A stretch of 64,000 nucleotides of DNA from Azolla caroliniana. Its lineage: Eukaryota; Plantae; Polypodiophyta. Location of the stretch: NCBI GenBank assembly GCA_043228905.1, contig JBHGNT010000018.1, forward strand, positions 17,236,001 to 17,300,000, written 5' to 3'. The notes under the pieces were generated by a model. That model saw nothing but the letters and a program-made list of their open reading frames with translations, did not search any database and was not told the DNA's origin. Shown piece by piece: positions 13,550 through 26,934 of this stretch. The translations under genes and the position numbers were made by a program. Each line of letters opens with the position of its first letter. Within the stretch, counting starts at the first letter, position 1.

Positions 13550-15106
13550 TCTCTTTCCTCCCTCTCGGGAGTCTTACGCAGTCCCGTCCTCTTAGTACTA
13601 ATAGTGCTTCCCTTCTCTAGTACTAATTCTCTATCTGTTTTAGTACTATTCCTGACTTTATGGTATATGGGTCGAGCTCTTAACCATCACACCATCTATT
13701 GTAATTTGTAGAGCATTATTTTCATTTATGCTTTATTATAAGAAAGTAATGTAATGGTTAAGAGCTCGACCCATATACCATAAGGTCATAGGTTCGAGTC
13801 TTGCCATATCATGACAATTTATAACCTTTCGCCCACGGAGTTAGAGGTTCTTCGAGAATATATTGATGAGAACCTGGCAAATGGTTTTATCCAACATTCA
13901 AGATCTCCTGTAGGTGCACCCATATTTTTCATTAAGAAGAAAGATGGTACACTTCGTATGGTCGTGGATTATCGGGGCTTGAATAAAGTGAATATTAGAA
14001 ACCGATATGCTCTACCATTGATCTCAAGCCGTCTAGAACGCCTTAGTGGAGCAAAGTATTTCACGAAGTTAGATCTTCGAGGTGCCTACAACCTTGTTCG
14101 AATTCGTCCTGGCGATGAATGGAAGACCGTGTTCCACACTCGCTATGGTCATTTTGAGTCTACAGTGATGCCATTTGGTCTCACGAATGCACCAACAGTT
14201 TTCCAACATATGGCGAATGACATTTTTCGAGACTTCCTCGATATCTTCATCATAGTTTACCTGGATGATATCTTGATCTACTCAAAAACTCAAGAGGAGC
14301 ATGAGATAGATGTTCGCCAAGTTTTGCAACGGTTATGAAAGTATGGTCTCTATGCAAAATTGGAGAAGTGTAGTTTCAACTAGTGTCAAGTGGAATTTTT
14401 GGGGTACATAGTCTCTTCAAATGGCATCTCTATGGATCCATCAAAGCTTCACACAATTTTGGATTGGCAAAAACCATAGTCTGTGCGAGATGTACAATGT
14501 TTTTTGGGGTTCGCAAACTTTTATCGCAAGTTCATCAAAGATTATTCAAAGATTGTATTGCCCCTCACTCAATTAACGCGCAAGAATCAAACATTTGTAT
14601 GGGGTATAGATGCAAACTTTGCATTTGAGGGTTTAAAGCAAGCGTTTACATATGCACCAATTTTAATGCATGTCGATCCAATGAGGTGCTTTATACTTGA
14701 AGTTGATGCATCTGATTTCGCACTCGGAAGCATACTATCCTAGATTGGCAAAGATGGCGAACTGCACCCTGTGGCTTTTCACTCACGGAAATTTGAAGCC
14801 GCAGAAATCAACTATGAGATTCACGACAAGAGCTTCTTGCCATTGTGGATTCTTTTCAACAATGAAGTCTTTTTTTGGAGGGTTCTTCTCAACAGATTAT
14901 TGTCTACAATGATCACAAAAATCTAACATACTTCCAAAGTGCTCGAGTCTTGAATCGTCGACAAGCTCGTTGGGCGCAATTCTTAACTCGTTTTGATTTT
15001 GTAATTCTATACCGCCCTGGGATGCAACAAGGAAAAATAGATGCTTTATCTCGACGTTCGTATATGGAACTTCGACCAAGAGAGGCCACATTTGAAAGTC
15101 AAAAGC
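12736..15106 (+). pseudogene. G1 pol: protease, RT, RNase H (interrupted at 13197-13816)
   Basis: 'VLGLPWF..HNPTID', 'VDYRGLNK', 'MPFGLTNAP', '[10 protein letters not shown]', 'EVDASDFALG', 'LNRRQARW'. Confidence 0.9.
13197..13816. mobile_element. 620-bp LTR-derived foldback element with ~65-bp terminal inverted repeats
   Basis: Starts tgtcatgatatggcaagactcgaacc and ends ggttcgagtcttgccatatcatgaca. 5-bp TSD ATTTA (13192-13196 and 13817-13821). Confidence 0.85.
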
Positions 15107-18100
15107 TGTTGAGAATCAAGCTCAACTTGGTCTAGTGTGTGAACTCACCTTGAGAGTGAATAGACACTCCAACGGTCAAGAGTCACCATTAAGTCACCAC
15201 TTTGTATTCTAGCATTTAGTATGAGTCATAGAATCATATTCTATGACACATAACTTATGAGCTTTCACATTCCCCATGCTCCATGACTCATATAGTTAAT
15301 GAAGAGAGAGGGTGACTATATAAAGCACCCTCCTCCCTCCTTGTACAGTTTCGAGTCTTTCTCCTTTGTTAATATACTTTTACCTTTCGTATTCTCTATG
15401 TATTATTCCTTGTCTCTCACTCACTCACTCTCTCTCTCTCTCATACACCCACATAACTCACATCTCTTACACTTCACAAGAATCACATGGTATCAGAGCA
15501 ATTTTGTAGCTCGGTCTAACCCATTCGCCTCATCGTGATCGTGTGTTGTGCTCCACGCCGACAACCAAGCACCGGCTCATCGCTATCGTAGCTTCGCTAC
15601 ATAGCACGCATTCGAAAAGAGAAGAAGAAGAAGAAGAAGAAGAAGAAGAATCAACAAAATGAATACTCAAATGGGGAGCGCTCTCCCTAACAAGAAGTTG
15701 GATCGAAACAACTTCACATCTTGGGAGTACAAGATGCACCAATACCTTGTCGGACAAGGCTATTGGAGCTACATCAAAGGAGCGCATGAAGACCGACCCG
15801 CCGAAGCGGCTCCCGGATATGCGACATGGGAGCAAGCCACAAGCCGCGTGATGTATTGTTTGGCAACATGTGTTCACGACCACATGCTCGGTTACATTCG
15901 AGAAGCCAAGACGCTAAAGGAAGCGTGGGAAAATCTACGAAAGATTTTCGCCGCCAACACGACCGCGAGGAAGCTTCAACTCCATCAAGAGTTGAATAAC
16001 ATTCAACAAAGGGACATGTCCATCACGACATACACCTTGAAGATCAAGGAACTTTGTGACTCGCTCAACTCAATAAGCGTAAGTATCGATGATGATGAGA
16101 TGGTGCAAATATCCCTTGGTGGCCTCACACCACGGTTCAGCGTGATGCGAACCGCCGTTCTAGCAAGGGAGAAATCTCCCTCCTTCGAGCTCCAATCAAT
16201 GCTATTGGTCGAAGAAAATCACGTGTGTACAATGATCAATGAGTCGGAAGGACACATGCTCTACACGCACTCGAACAGAGGAAGAGGATGCGGACGAGCG
16301 AGAGGCCGATTCGGCCAAGGACAAGGCGGACGAGGTCCGACCTACGATAACAACTCCCAATTTCGGCTGCAAAACGGAAGCCAACGAGGAACCTTCGCAA
16401 GAAGGGGGAGCTTCCACTATGGCCCGAGCCGTCAAAACGCAACCGAATGCGGATATTGCGGAAAGCTCGGCCACCACGAAGAAGAGTGCCGAAAGAAGAT
16501 GCATGAATCGGCTTCCACAAGCCGACAACTCACGAATTACGCGCACAATTCCGACTACGAAGAATATAGTGGAATGTACGGGAACAACTCCAACTACAAA
16601 GATCGTGGCGGAATGTATGCACGCAACTCCGATCGTGGCGGAATGTTCATGATGAAGCATAAAGCAAACTCTATGTCGGCCTCTACCTCAACTAGTGCCC
16701 TCAATCTGGAGGACGTATGGTTTGTTGACTCCAGAGCCTCAAACCATATGACATCCCATAAAGAATGGTTTCTCGAACTTCGAGACCCAGAGCGACCCAG
16801 TTATGTCGAAACCGGAGATGACACTACGCACCCGATTCGGCACATCGGCAATGTTCCCTTCGGCGAAAGAGGTAAGCAAACATACATTAAAAATGTCTTG
16901 CATGTTCCCACCATCACGAAGAATTTGGTCTTGGTCGGCCAAATGGTTAAGCAAGGGATGCAAGTACGATTCGACCAAGAAGGATGCTTCATCAAAAAAG
17001 AAGGCCGAATCATCGCACGCGGAAGAAGAGAGGGCCGGATGTTCATTCTCGATTCACACGAGATGAAATCCGCCATGTTCGCAAAAAGCACGAAAGCCGA
17101 CTCTGACATAGAGCTATGGCACAAGCGAATCGGCCACATCAATCTCAACAAACTCAAAGCAATAAAATCGAAAGGAGTCGTCATCGGACTCCCGACATTC
17201 AAAGAGAAGGAGATTGAAGGTGTATGTGAAGCGTGCCAATTCGACAAGCAACACCGACACCCATTCCCGAAAGAGCGGAATGTGAGCAAAGGTCTACTTG
17301 ACGTGGTCCATTCCGACGTATGGGGACCGGCGCAGACGGCTACATTCGGCGGATGCCGATATTACGTGCTCTTCATCGACGACTTCTCTAGGCACACTTG
17401 GATCTACCCGATGCGGCAAAAGAGTGAAGTGTTCAGACACTTCCAAACATTCAAGAATGAAGTCGAGAAAGCGACGGGCCGACATGTACGTTGTCTTCGA
17501 TCAGATGGTGGCAAGGAGTACTTCTCGGACGATTTCACGGTGTATCTCCAAAAGGAAGGAATTCGGCGAGAATTCACTTGCCGACACACTCCGCAACAAA
17601 ACGGAGTAGCCGAGCGCAAATATCAGCACATCCTCGAAGTAGCGCGGGCCATGATGAACGAGGAGCATATGCCCAAGTCATATTGGGCCGAAGCTGTAAA
17701 TACGGTCGTCTACCTAATGAACCAGTGCACAACATCAGGCATGCACAAGGTCACTCCGCACGAAAAATACTTCGGAAGGAAACCGGATTTATCGCACATC
17801 CGGATATTCAGCGCGATAGCGTACGTGCACATCCCCGACGAGAAGTGTCAAAAGCTTGACCCGAAGTCGGAGAAATGTATCCTTGTAGGATACTCACCGG
17901 AGCAAAAGGGGTACAAGTGCTACAACCCCTCAACTCGAAAATCCCGAATAAGTCGAGATGTCGTGTTTGATGAGTCTGCATCCTGGTACGCACCAGAGAC
18001 AACTCCGACTCCGACTCCGCTCAGCCCGGACTTCGCCGAACAAGAGATAGAGGATGAAGATCGCCTTACGTGCATGTTCGAAGAAAGTCCGATCAAGACT

Positions 18101-20459
18101 CGACTGAGCGGACCACAAGAGCCTTTGAGCGATCAAAGCACATCACGGCCTAGCCCGAGGATGGACAAAGGCAAGGTGAAAATGTCAGAATACGAAGACG
18201 ATCGCTTCGACAACAATGAGTCGACTCACTCACTCGACAGTGAGTTCGGCGGCTTCGATGTACCAATCGGAGCTAAGAAAGCCCTCATCTCTGCAAACAA
18301 GAAGCTCCACCAATCCACCTGTGAAAAGAACCCTATAAGCTTATTCGGCTACAACGATTATATGGCGTACCATTACGCCTTTATGATGAAAGTAGCAACA
18401 GTACGGGAGCCGGAAACATTCTCCGAAGCAACCAAGGATCCGCGATGGATCGAAGCCATGAACGAGGAGATGCAGGCACTACGCAAGAACGAGACATGGG
18501 ATCTCGTTCCCACCTCACCATACAAAAAGGAGATTGGATGCAGATGGATTTACAAAGTGAATTACAACGCTCATGGTTCCGTCAACTGCTACACTGTAAT
18601 TGTGCTTGCCACGGCGAAAGGGTGGCACCTCCATCAAATGGACGTCAAGAACGCCTTTCTACAAGGTGAATTAGAAGAGGAGGTGTACATGATACAACCA
18701 CCCGGCTTCAACTCGAGCACCCATCCGAAGGCTGTATGGCGACTCAAGAAGCCACTCTACGGCCTCAAGCAAGCACCGCATGCTTGGAATTCGAAGATAA
18801 CGCAATATCTTCATCAAATCGACTTCCGTATGTCAAAATCGGACAACTCCCTCTACATACGAAGCGATTCCGCAAGTCCAATCGTCATCATCTTATATGT
18901 GGATGACCTAGTCATTGGAGGTGAGCATCTCGTCGAAATCAATAAGGTCAAATCCCTCCTTTCCGACAAGTTCGAGATGACGGACATGAAGGAGTTCCAC
19001 TACTTCCTCGGCATCGGGGTAATTTGGACTCCGACCGGAATCATGATCTCTCAACGGCACTACATCCTCAACTTGTTATATAAGTTTGGTATGGCTGAGT
19101 GCAAATCCGTGACAACCCCGCTCGATCGCAACCTCAAACTAGATGCAAACTCTGGCACCAAAGCGTGTGAGCCGACTCAGTATCGGCAACTCATCGGGAG
19201 TCTTATCTAGCTCACGATCACATGACCCGATCTCAGTTATCCGGTTGGTCTCCTTAGCCAATTCATGCAAACACCGCGTGATACTCACTTGGATTGCGCT
19301 AAACGAGTTCTACGATACGTGAGCGACACAATGGATTGCGGCATCCTCTACAAGACTGCGATGCCAATACGACTCGAGGGGTACACAGACGCCGATTGGG
19401 CCGGCTACAAAGCCGATAGAAGATCAACCTCCGGATTTTTTTTCTCCCTCGGCATCGGAGCAATATCTTGGAGCAGCAAAAAGCAACCAATCGTTGCTCT
19501 TTCGAGCACAGAGGCGGAATACAGGGGCGCGGCAGTGGCCGCATGCAAAGCCGTATGGCTCAAGAGGATACTCAAGGATCTGGGTGTACCCATCAAGGAT
19601 CTAACTTCCCTTTACTGCGACAACATGAGCAGTATCTATCTAGCTCAGAACCCGGTGTTCCACGCGCGGACAAAGCACATCGAAGTGCACTATCACTTCA
19701 TCCGAGAGCGCGTTCTAGTTGGCGATGTTGACCTACAACACATTAGCATCAATCTTCAAACAGCCGACATCTTCACTAAAGCCTTAGGAGCCGACAAGCT
19801 ATGGCAATTCATGACCGAGCTCGGATTGACGATCTTTGACCTGCCAAGCTTGAGGGGGAGTACTAAAGACATTACGCAATAACGCGTGGATTCCGCAAAC
19901 TGTGCACACTACGCAAGAACGCGTGGATTACGCAACCACGCAACGAAGCCGCGAAGAGCCGATCTACCGTGCAAAGCCGTGAAGAAAGACGCAAGCCGAA
20001 GCACAGACTTCACAACTACGCACAACACAAGCTGGAGCACTGATTTCGCAACTTTGCATAAAAGCGAGTCGACACGAGTCGACACAGACTCTGGAACGCG
20101 AGTCAAAGCGGACTTCGGATACCATCTGAAACCAACCCGACTTGAGCTTGAGGGAGCGTGTTGAGAATCAAGCTCAACTTGGTCTAGTGTGTGAACTCAC
20201 CTTGAGAGTGAACAAACACTCCAACGGTCAAGAGTCACCATTAAGTCACCACTTTGTATTCTAGCATTTAGTATGAGTCATAGAATCATATTCTATGACA
20301 CATAACTTATGAGCTTTCACATTCCCCATGCTCCATGACTCATGTAGTTAATGAAGAGAGAGGGTGACTATATAAAGCACCCTCCTCCCTCCTTGTACAG
20401 TGTCGAGTCTTTCTCCTTTGTTAATATACTTTTACCTTGCATATTCTCTGTGTATTATT

Positions 20460-20493
<34 letters not shown>

Positions 20494-20535
20494 CACACAC
20501 ATAACTCACATCTCTTACGCTTCACAAGAATCACA
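15107..20535 (+). mobile_element. Ty1/copia element C3, near full length
   Basis: Near-identical LTRs 15107-15487 and 20159-20535. PBS tggtatcagagc (tRNA-Met) at 15488-15499. PPT-like gagggag before 20159. Confidence 0.95.
15659..19882 (+). pseudogene. Copia C3 gag-pol polyprotein (disrupted)
   Basis: 1183-aa ORF with CGYCGKLGHHEEEC, WFVDSRASNHM, 'VHSDVWGP', 'RSDGGKEY' and 'LYVDDL'. In-frame RT deletion near 18590; stop at 19208-19210; RNase H ORF 19265-19882. Confidence 0.93.
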
Positions 20536-20547
20536 TCTGATTCTTTA

Positions 20548-22110
20548 CAAAAGCAAATCCTCTTAGGTACTGATCGTCTATGAGTAATGGCAATACATAC
20601 TATCAACACACTGGGAGATTCAAGGCTTCTTGATTCCATTCAAGAGCAGATTGCGACCGATGTATTCGCCCAAGATGTTTTGAGACATATTATCCCAGAT
20701 CGTGCTTCCAGCTCCCAATCTCAAAATCCTCGTCTAGACTACACCCAGTTCTATTGGCATGATGGTTTACTTTTTCGACAAACTCTCTTGTATGTGCCTG
20801 ACGGTCCTTCTCGACTCAAAGTCGTGCAACAATGTCATGACACGCCAATGGCTGGACATTTCGGCATCCACAAGACTTTTGAGTTGATTTCTCGCTGATA
20901 TTGGTGGTCACGGCTTCGCCATTTTGTTACAGATTATGTTGTAGTGGTGATACATGTTGCCGATCAGAAAAGCCTCGACATCATCCATATGGCCTATTAC
21001 AACCAATGCCTATTCCGGAGAGCCCATGGCAATCTATTTCCTTGGACTTTATTACAGATCTTCCACCTTCCAAGGGATTTGATTCTATTCTCATGGTAGT
21101 CGATCGTTTTACGAAGATGGCGCATTTCCTTCCATGCACGAAGACCATTACTAGTCAAGAGACAATCGATTTACTCATGCAGGAGGTGTTTTGCCATCAT
21201 GGTCTTCTGGATGATATTATCAATGATCAGGGTCCCCAATTCATCTCGAAATTTTGGCGGCACATGTTCAAAATCTTACATACTTCTTGTAACTCTCTTC
21301 CGGCTACCATCCAGAGACTAATGGGTAGAGTGAGCACACCAACCAAATAGTCAAACAATATCTACGTTGTTTTGTCAACTATCAACAAGATGATTGGGTG
21401 GATTTATTACATTTGGCGGAATTTTCTTACAACAACTCCGAACATTCTTCTACTGGATATTCACCATTTTTGGCTAACATTGGGTACCATCCTCATTGGA
21501 CGATGCTTGAATATCCTGAACTCCCGCAAAACCCGGCTGCTAAAGATCGGCTCACTCGACTCCAAGAAGTTCAGGATATACTTTTGCATCATTTATGTGA
21601 TGACCAAAACACTCAAAAGAAGATTGTTGATCATCATCGACTACGTTTCAAGTAGGAGATCGTGTATGGCTCTTACAAGGTAGCATTAAAACCACCCGAC
21701 CTTGCTACAAATTGGATTATCAACGTTTCGGCCCATATGTGATCTTTGGTAAGATCCATGACGTGACATTTCGTCTTGATGTCCCTCCTCATATGCGTCT
21801 TCACCCGGTCTTCCATGTTTCACTTTTGGAGCCCTACACAACAAGCTCTATTCCGGGTCGTCTTACTACACCTCCCCCACCTCCAATCGAAGTTTCCAAT
21901 GGTTTTGAATATGAGGTTGTTGTCATTCTCGACTCGAAGATCATCCACAACAAACTATATTATTTGGTTTATTGGTTAGGTTATACACCTAATGATCGAA
22001 CATGGGAGCCTGTTGAGCATCTTGTTAATGCCTCCTACATGGTTGTTGCATTTCACGACAAATATCCCCATAAACCAAGTCCGAACTCTTGTCATCGAAA
22101 GAGGGGATAA
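20548..22110 (+). pseudogene. G1 integrase and chromodomain remnant
   Basis: 'HDTPMAGHFG', 'ISLDFITDLP', GPY/F module, and chromodomain 'EYEV..ILDS....YYLVYWLGY..NDRTWEP' (21712-22110). Confidence 0.9.
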
Positions 22111-22571
22111 TGTCATGAAGACAACATTTTGGCTTATCAAGAATCGAACCCACGACTTCTTGGTCTATGTGTTGAACCCTTAACCATTGAAATAACATAT
22201 ATATTGTATGATTATCATAATTATATTTTTAGTTATTACGAGATATTAGAATATTCTAGAACATCCTTTAATATTTCATGATGATATTTCTTATCATAAA
22301 AATCTAAAATATTCTAGAACATTCTAGAATACTCCATAAGGATCTATAAATAAGTGTCCATACATTCATTTCAACACATTCGGTTCAACACCAATCTTTA
22401 GCCCTTAGCCTACTCATTGTAATCTTGTTTCATCATAATATAATCTCATTTCTATTTCAAGTCTTATCTCTCTCACTCTCTCTCTCTCTCACGCACACAC
22501 ACACACCCTGTCTCTTTTGCTATCGCTATCGCTATCGCTCTCACTCTATCTCCTACCCACGAGTCTCGACA
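22111..22571 (+). repeat. 3' LTR of G1
   Basis: TG...CA ends, follows the PPT, homologous to 12248-12735. Confidence 0.85.
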
Positions 22572-23451
22572 TATTTTAGAGCTATTGACACTTAATTTAG
22601 TATGCATGCAAAAATTTCCAATGCCTTCATAAGCTTTTGTGCATCTCCCAAAGTATTTGCAAAAAACACTACATCATTTGCATATAGCAAAAGCATAATC
22701 ACAACATTCCCAATGGCAACTTCTTCAACACATTCTTCCTTTGCAAACTTGGTAACCATTTCTTCCAATTCATCAATGCATAGACCAAAAGTGTTGGTGA
22801 GGGTAGGCATCCTTGCTTAACACCAATAGTGCTTTTGAAAAAATCTAAAAGTTTATCTCTCATATGCACACAACATAATGTGAAATGCTCAAGATGTGAA
22901 ATGCTCTCAAGAATAGCCTCTCTTTCCATTACATTCCAAGTTACATTTTATATACTACTCTTGGCGTGGAGGGTGTTCTCCTGCTCCAATTAGCTCTTCT
23001 AATTATGGGGGCTTGGTAGGGGCCTAATTTGGGTGGCTTAATTTGGGTGTGGTCCATGTGACCGCCACAATATAACCTTCTCATAAATTCAAGAAATTGC
23101 AAGCATATATTCACTTGGCAGAGAGAGAGCAGACAAAATAATCTTCTATAGCAAAATATTCTCTGTGTACTCGGTTACAACGAATGTGTAGAGAGAAATT
23201 TATATACAAGCCCTGATAAGTGGGCTGACACAAGTACTGACAAGTACTTGAATGCTCGCTAACTGAGCCTTACACTAATTCTGCCTATAATATTCCTATT
23301 TACTAAAATAGGAATATAAGCCTCTAACAACCAGTTGATTCAGTTTACCAACCAATTCGGCTTTCAGTTCATTCAGCAGATTCAAGCCTAGCCGATCCGG
23401 TTCTCAGCTTCTTCAGCCAATTCGGCCCAAGTTGAGGTTGCTCGCTCAACA

Positions 23452-24370
23452 TACTTCTTCCTTCCATTTGATCGTAGACAACGAATATATCGGTTGGTTT
23501 CTTTCTCCACTTTGCTCTTGACTCTTTTTCTTCATCGGGAAGATCCAAGTGTATCGGGAGTCGTCGTCTATGAGGGTGATGTTGTACTTGCATCCTCCGA
23601 TGGTCGGCGTTTGAGCCGGGCTCGATACATTCAAGTGGACTACATCAAGGAGGCCTTTGCTTATGTAGATCTCCTTTGGGAATGTGAGTCGATGTTGTTT
23701 GCCAAGTTAGCATGCTTCACACACTCATTCGACTTGTTTTGACTCAAAGGTCGGAAGTCGATTGCATAGCTCGGAGCCGTTGGAGGTTGATGTGGACGAT
23801 TCTTTTGTGCCACAACTCGATATTCGGTTCAACCTCGAGACCTTTTGCATATATGGCTGATTTTACCTCATCCAAATCTAGAATAAACATTTGGTCATCT
23901 CTCCGTCTAGCTATGAGTCGGCCATTCTTTTCTATAAAGCCGCCTCCATTATTGAAACGAACATGCATGCCTTGCTCCAAGATTTGGCTGACTGAGACCA
24001 AATTCTTCGTTATTGTTGGAACATGCAAGACATTCTTGATGTAATTGTTTTTGCCCTTGTTGAGAGGAACATTGCCAATATGCCGAATGGTGTGTGTGGT
24101 GTTGTCTCCTGTCTCCACATAACCGGGTTGATCGGGCATACGCAAGTCATTGAACCACTCTTCGTGGGACGTCATGTGATTTGAGGCGCCTAAATCGACG
24201 AACGATACTTCTTCTTATGTAGATGTGCTAGCCAAACCGGATGCCAACATAGTGTTTGTTTTGTGTCTCATGATGAACATGCCTCCATAGTCTTCAGATT
24301 GAGAGTTGGTGGCATAGTTCCCGACTTGTCGACTTGTGGAAGCCGACTCGCTACCCATCTGTGTGTTCAT
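23452..24370 (-). pseudogene. Copia C1 protease / GAG-pre-integrase / integrase start; gag deleted
   Basis: 'NVLHVPTITKNLVSV', 'LWHKRIVHIN'; homologous to C3. Confidence 0.85.
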
Positions 24371-24540
24371 TGTTGATGTAGTGTGTTCCTTTTTTATTCT
24401 TCTTCCTTTGGTAACTTATATGTACTACGCAATGGCACTACGATAGCAAATAGTCGGATTCATCGTCGGCGTCTTGAATACACAATCACTATTAGACGGG
24501 GTGGCTTAGTGGATACGTTAAACCACCCGCGTTGATACCA

Positions 24541-25017
24541 TGTCAATAATTAGGTAATTAACTAAGGGTTAATTAGTATCTAATATGGGAGTAGTTAATC
24601 ACGTATGTGATTAAGCGGCTGAAGATTATGTGATATGTGTGTGTATATATGTGTGAGAGGAAGAGAGAAAGAACACTTAAAACAATAAGACAAGATGAGG
24701 GATGATTAACACGAGTGTAGCTCAAGGAACTCTTGCTTATATTAAAAAGACATCAACTTACAAAAATACCCATCATGAGGTATATATACATCTCATGTGC
24801 AAGGGTGCACATGTGTGAGGGAATGTGGGTACAAGGATGTAAGTCCTATATTAAATGTACTCGGTAGTGGAGGATCTAGAATGTATCCATTCTTAAGTAC
24901 AAGTATAAAATCCTATTTAAGGCTTTGAAGTCAACAGACTAACTAGATTCTATGTGTGTAACTACTAAGTTACACATGACAAAATAACTGAACCTAGTTG
25001 AGCTTGATATCTCAACA
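24541..25017 (-). repeat. 5' LTR of Copia C1
   Basis: Repeat of 3137-3617, ends ...ctcaaca. Confidence 0.9.
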
Positions 25018-26915
25018 TGGATCATATACATAAATTCTCACTTGATGAATGGACACCAGAATCCAATCATAGAACGTTATGTATTGACCTGACTTCAAAT
25101 GTATGCATCGGTATTATTGTGATAAGGTCATTGAACTATCATAATAAACAACCGCATTTGAGCATGAACCTTAAGCGAGCACCCGTATATTCAAAGATGG
25201 TTGAGGATATGTTACAAATGACAAAGATAAAACATGGTGCCACACTAGAATGCAAATGGGAAGCTTTTAAGAAAGTCATTCTCTCATGCACAAGCAAAAG
25301 TTTTTCGACCAAGCACACATCTTGGAAATGCACCAAGAAATGTAGTTGAAAGAAAAAATGGTTTGATAAAGAATGTCATGAAGCTTGAAAGTGGCTTATG
25401 ATTTTGGATGTATTCAAGGATAAAGAAATTACCAAAAACATTTGCATGAGTACAAAAGGTTTATTCAAAGAAAGATGAGAATATGGGAAGTTACTCAACA
25501 ATTTCTCCAAACACAAGAGAAAGCACATGCATGTGCTAAATTTTGGGGTCCAAATCTAAAGGTGAAACATGTTGAGAGTTAAGGTTACATAACTCTTCTG
25601 GACTTGTCTATGCATTGTAAGAATTTATCTACGTTATCTCTTGTCGTAAGATGGTGTATTATGGTTCTCTTTCACATGTGTCTCCCTTCTTTACAATTGA
25701 AGATATATGCATAGGACTTAAGAAATTGGCCTCTCGAAAGGCAAGCTAGCTTCAATATATAAAGTCCTAAATGCTCAAATAGATGAGAAAGGAAGCACAT
25801 GTATGGATAAGTGATAATATGTTTAATCATGCATGTCGTACAGTTGGACCACAACTTGGGTCAAACCTTTACATAAAGGTGGAGATGTAAATATGATAAA
25901 CAACGATCGAACCATCATGGTTGGCTTGCTAATGGCAAATCTATTTGGATGTATACTAGAATCTAAGATAAGTGCATGGGCTGAAAAAAATGGTAAGAGA
26001 TCTGTTGAACAAGCTGGCTTTCGAAGATACCATAGCACCATTGATCACCTTTTCACCCTTCGAGTATTAATAGAGTAAAGTTGCCTTAGATGTAAAGGTT
26101 TATACTGTTGCTTCATAGACTTCAAGAAAGCTTTTGATATGGTACCTCATGAGCATCTTTGGAGGCGAATGGAAGAACTCAAGGTGCCAAGTGAATGCAA
26201 TTTCCCGAATTGATGAGAAGGTTATATGTTGTGTGCATATGAGCATTAGACTATTAGCACTATTAGTGTGTAAATTTTTTCAGTAGCACTATTAGTGTTA
26301 AGCAAGGATGCCCACTCTCACCAACTCTATTGGTGCATACTAAACTAAGTGTCAACAGCTCTAAAACAATGATTATGCTTGTGAATAGCCAAAAAAAGAA
26401 AAAGCATGCATTATGTACAGTAAACAACCACTTGAATATGTGGAAAGCTTCAAATATCTTAGCCTTGAAGTTCGTTCAAATCATTGATGGAATGAATGTT
26501 TGAGAACACATGCAAGAAAGAGGCAAGAAAGAGAGCATATTATACATTTGAGAACACATGCAATCATGGAGATATTAAGTGTTGGGTCCTCAAGAAATAC
26601 CTTTTCGACACTTTGGTGTCACCGATGTATCTCTATGGGGTGGAAATAGTATCCCTAAATCTACTTGGAAAGAGTTTAAAAAATGTCCAAAAACAAATTC
26701 TTACAAAGTTTCTACAAGTTAATAAACAAACTCCATACACCCTCCTCCTTGAGAAGGGATCACTTCCCATTGAGATCATGGTCATGGAGAGGGTTGTTTC
26801 AAATACATGCTTAAGCTTCAAAAACTTCCCTCACATCAACTTCTTAGAAATGTATGGGAAGAAAGCAAAAAGATCCAAAAGAGGCATAAAAGCAAAATTT
26901 TGTGTTCTACTTGGA
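25018..26915 (+). pseudogene. LINE ORF2 remnant, right part (RT)
   Basis: 'KPLHKGGD..NDRTIMV', 'EQAGFRRYHSTIDHLFTLR', 'DFKKAFD', 'KQGCPLSP'. Confidence 0.8.
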
Positions 26916-26934
26916 TGCGTAAACCGCACTTGAG

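Larger units (their letters stand above)
12248..22571 (+). mobile_element. Chromovirus Ty3/gypsy element G1 (Tcn1-like), gag deleted
   Basis: LTRs 12248-12735 (partly inverted) and 22111-22571. TSD TGTTT/TATTT. PPT gaaagaggggataa at 22097-22110. Confidence 0.85.
10888..23119 (-). mobile_element. 5'-truncated LINE (RTE/RTE-X-like) inserted in the C2 5' LTR
   Basis: RT 'GVKQGC', 'LLYANDVV' (22592-22929) and 'ESFKYLG' (11814-12263). (TATC)n-like 3' tail at ~10888-10905. ~240-bp internal tandem duplication at 11500-11980. Confidence 0.75.
6001..23451 (-). mobile_element. Ty1/copia element C2 inserted in the C1 integrase
   Basis: 3' LTR 6001-6419. 5' LTR split into 10798-~10887 and ~23120-23451. 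TSD TACTC/TACTT (4 of 5 match). PBS at ~10787-10797; PPT at 6420-6428. Confidence 0.85.
3137..25017 (-). mobile_element. Ty1/copia element C1 (degenerate, contains nested elements)
   Basis: LTRs 3137-3617 and 24541-25017. TSD TGGAT at 3132-3136 and 25018-25022. Met-type PBS (tggtatca on the minus strand) adjoins 24540; PPT at ~3619-3627. Confidence 0.9.

Noticed and set aside
13751-13806. Functional tRNA gene
   Set aside because: Only A/B-box similarity; no convincing acceptor or anticodon stem, and it is embedded in LTR-derived sequence.
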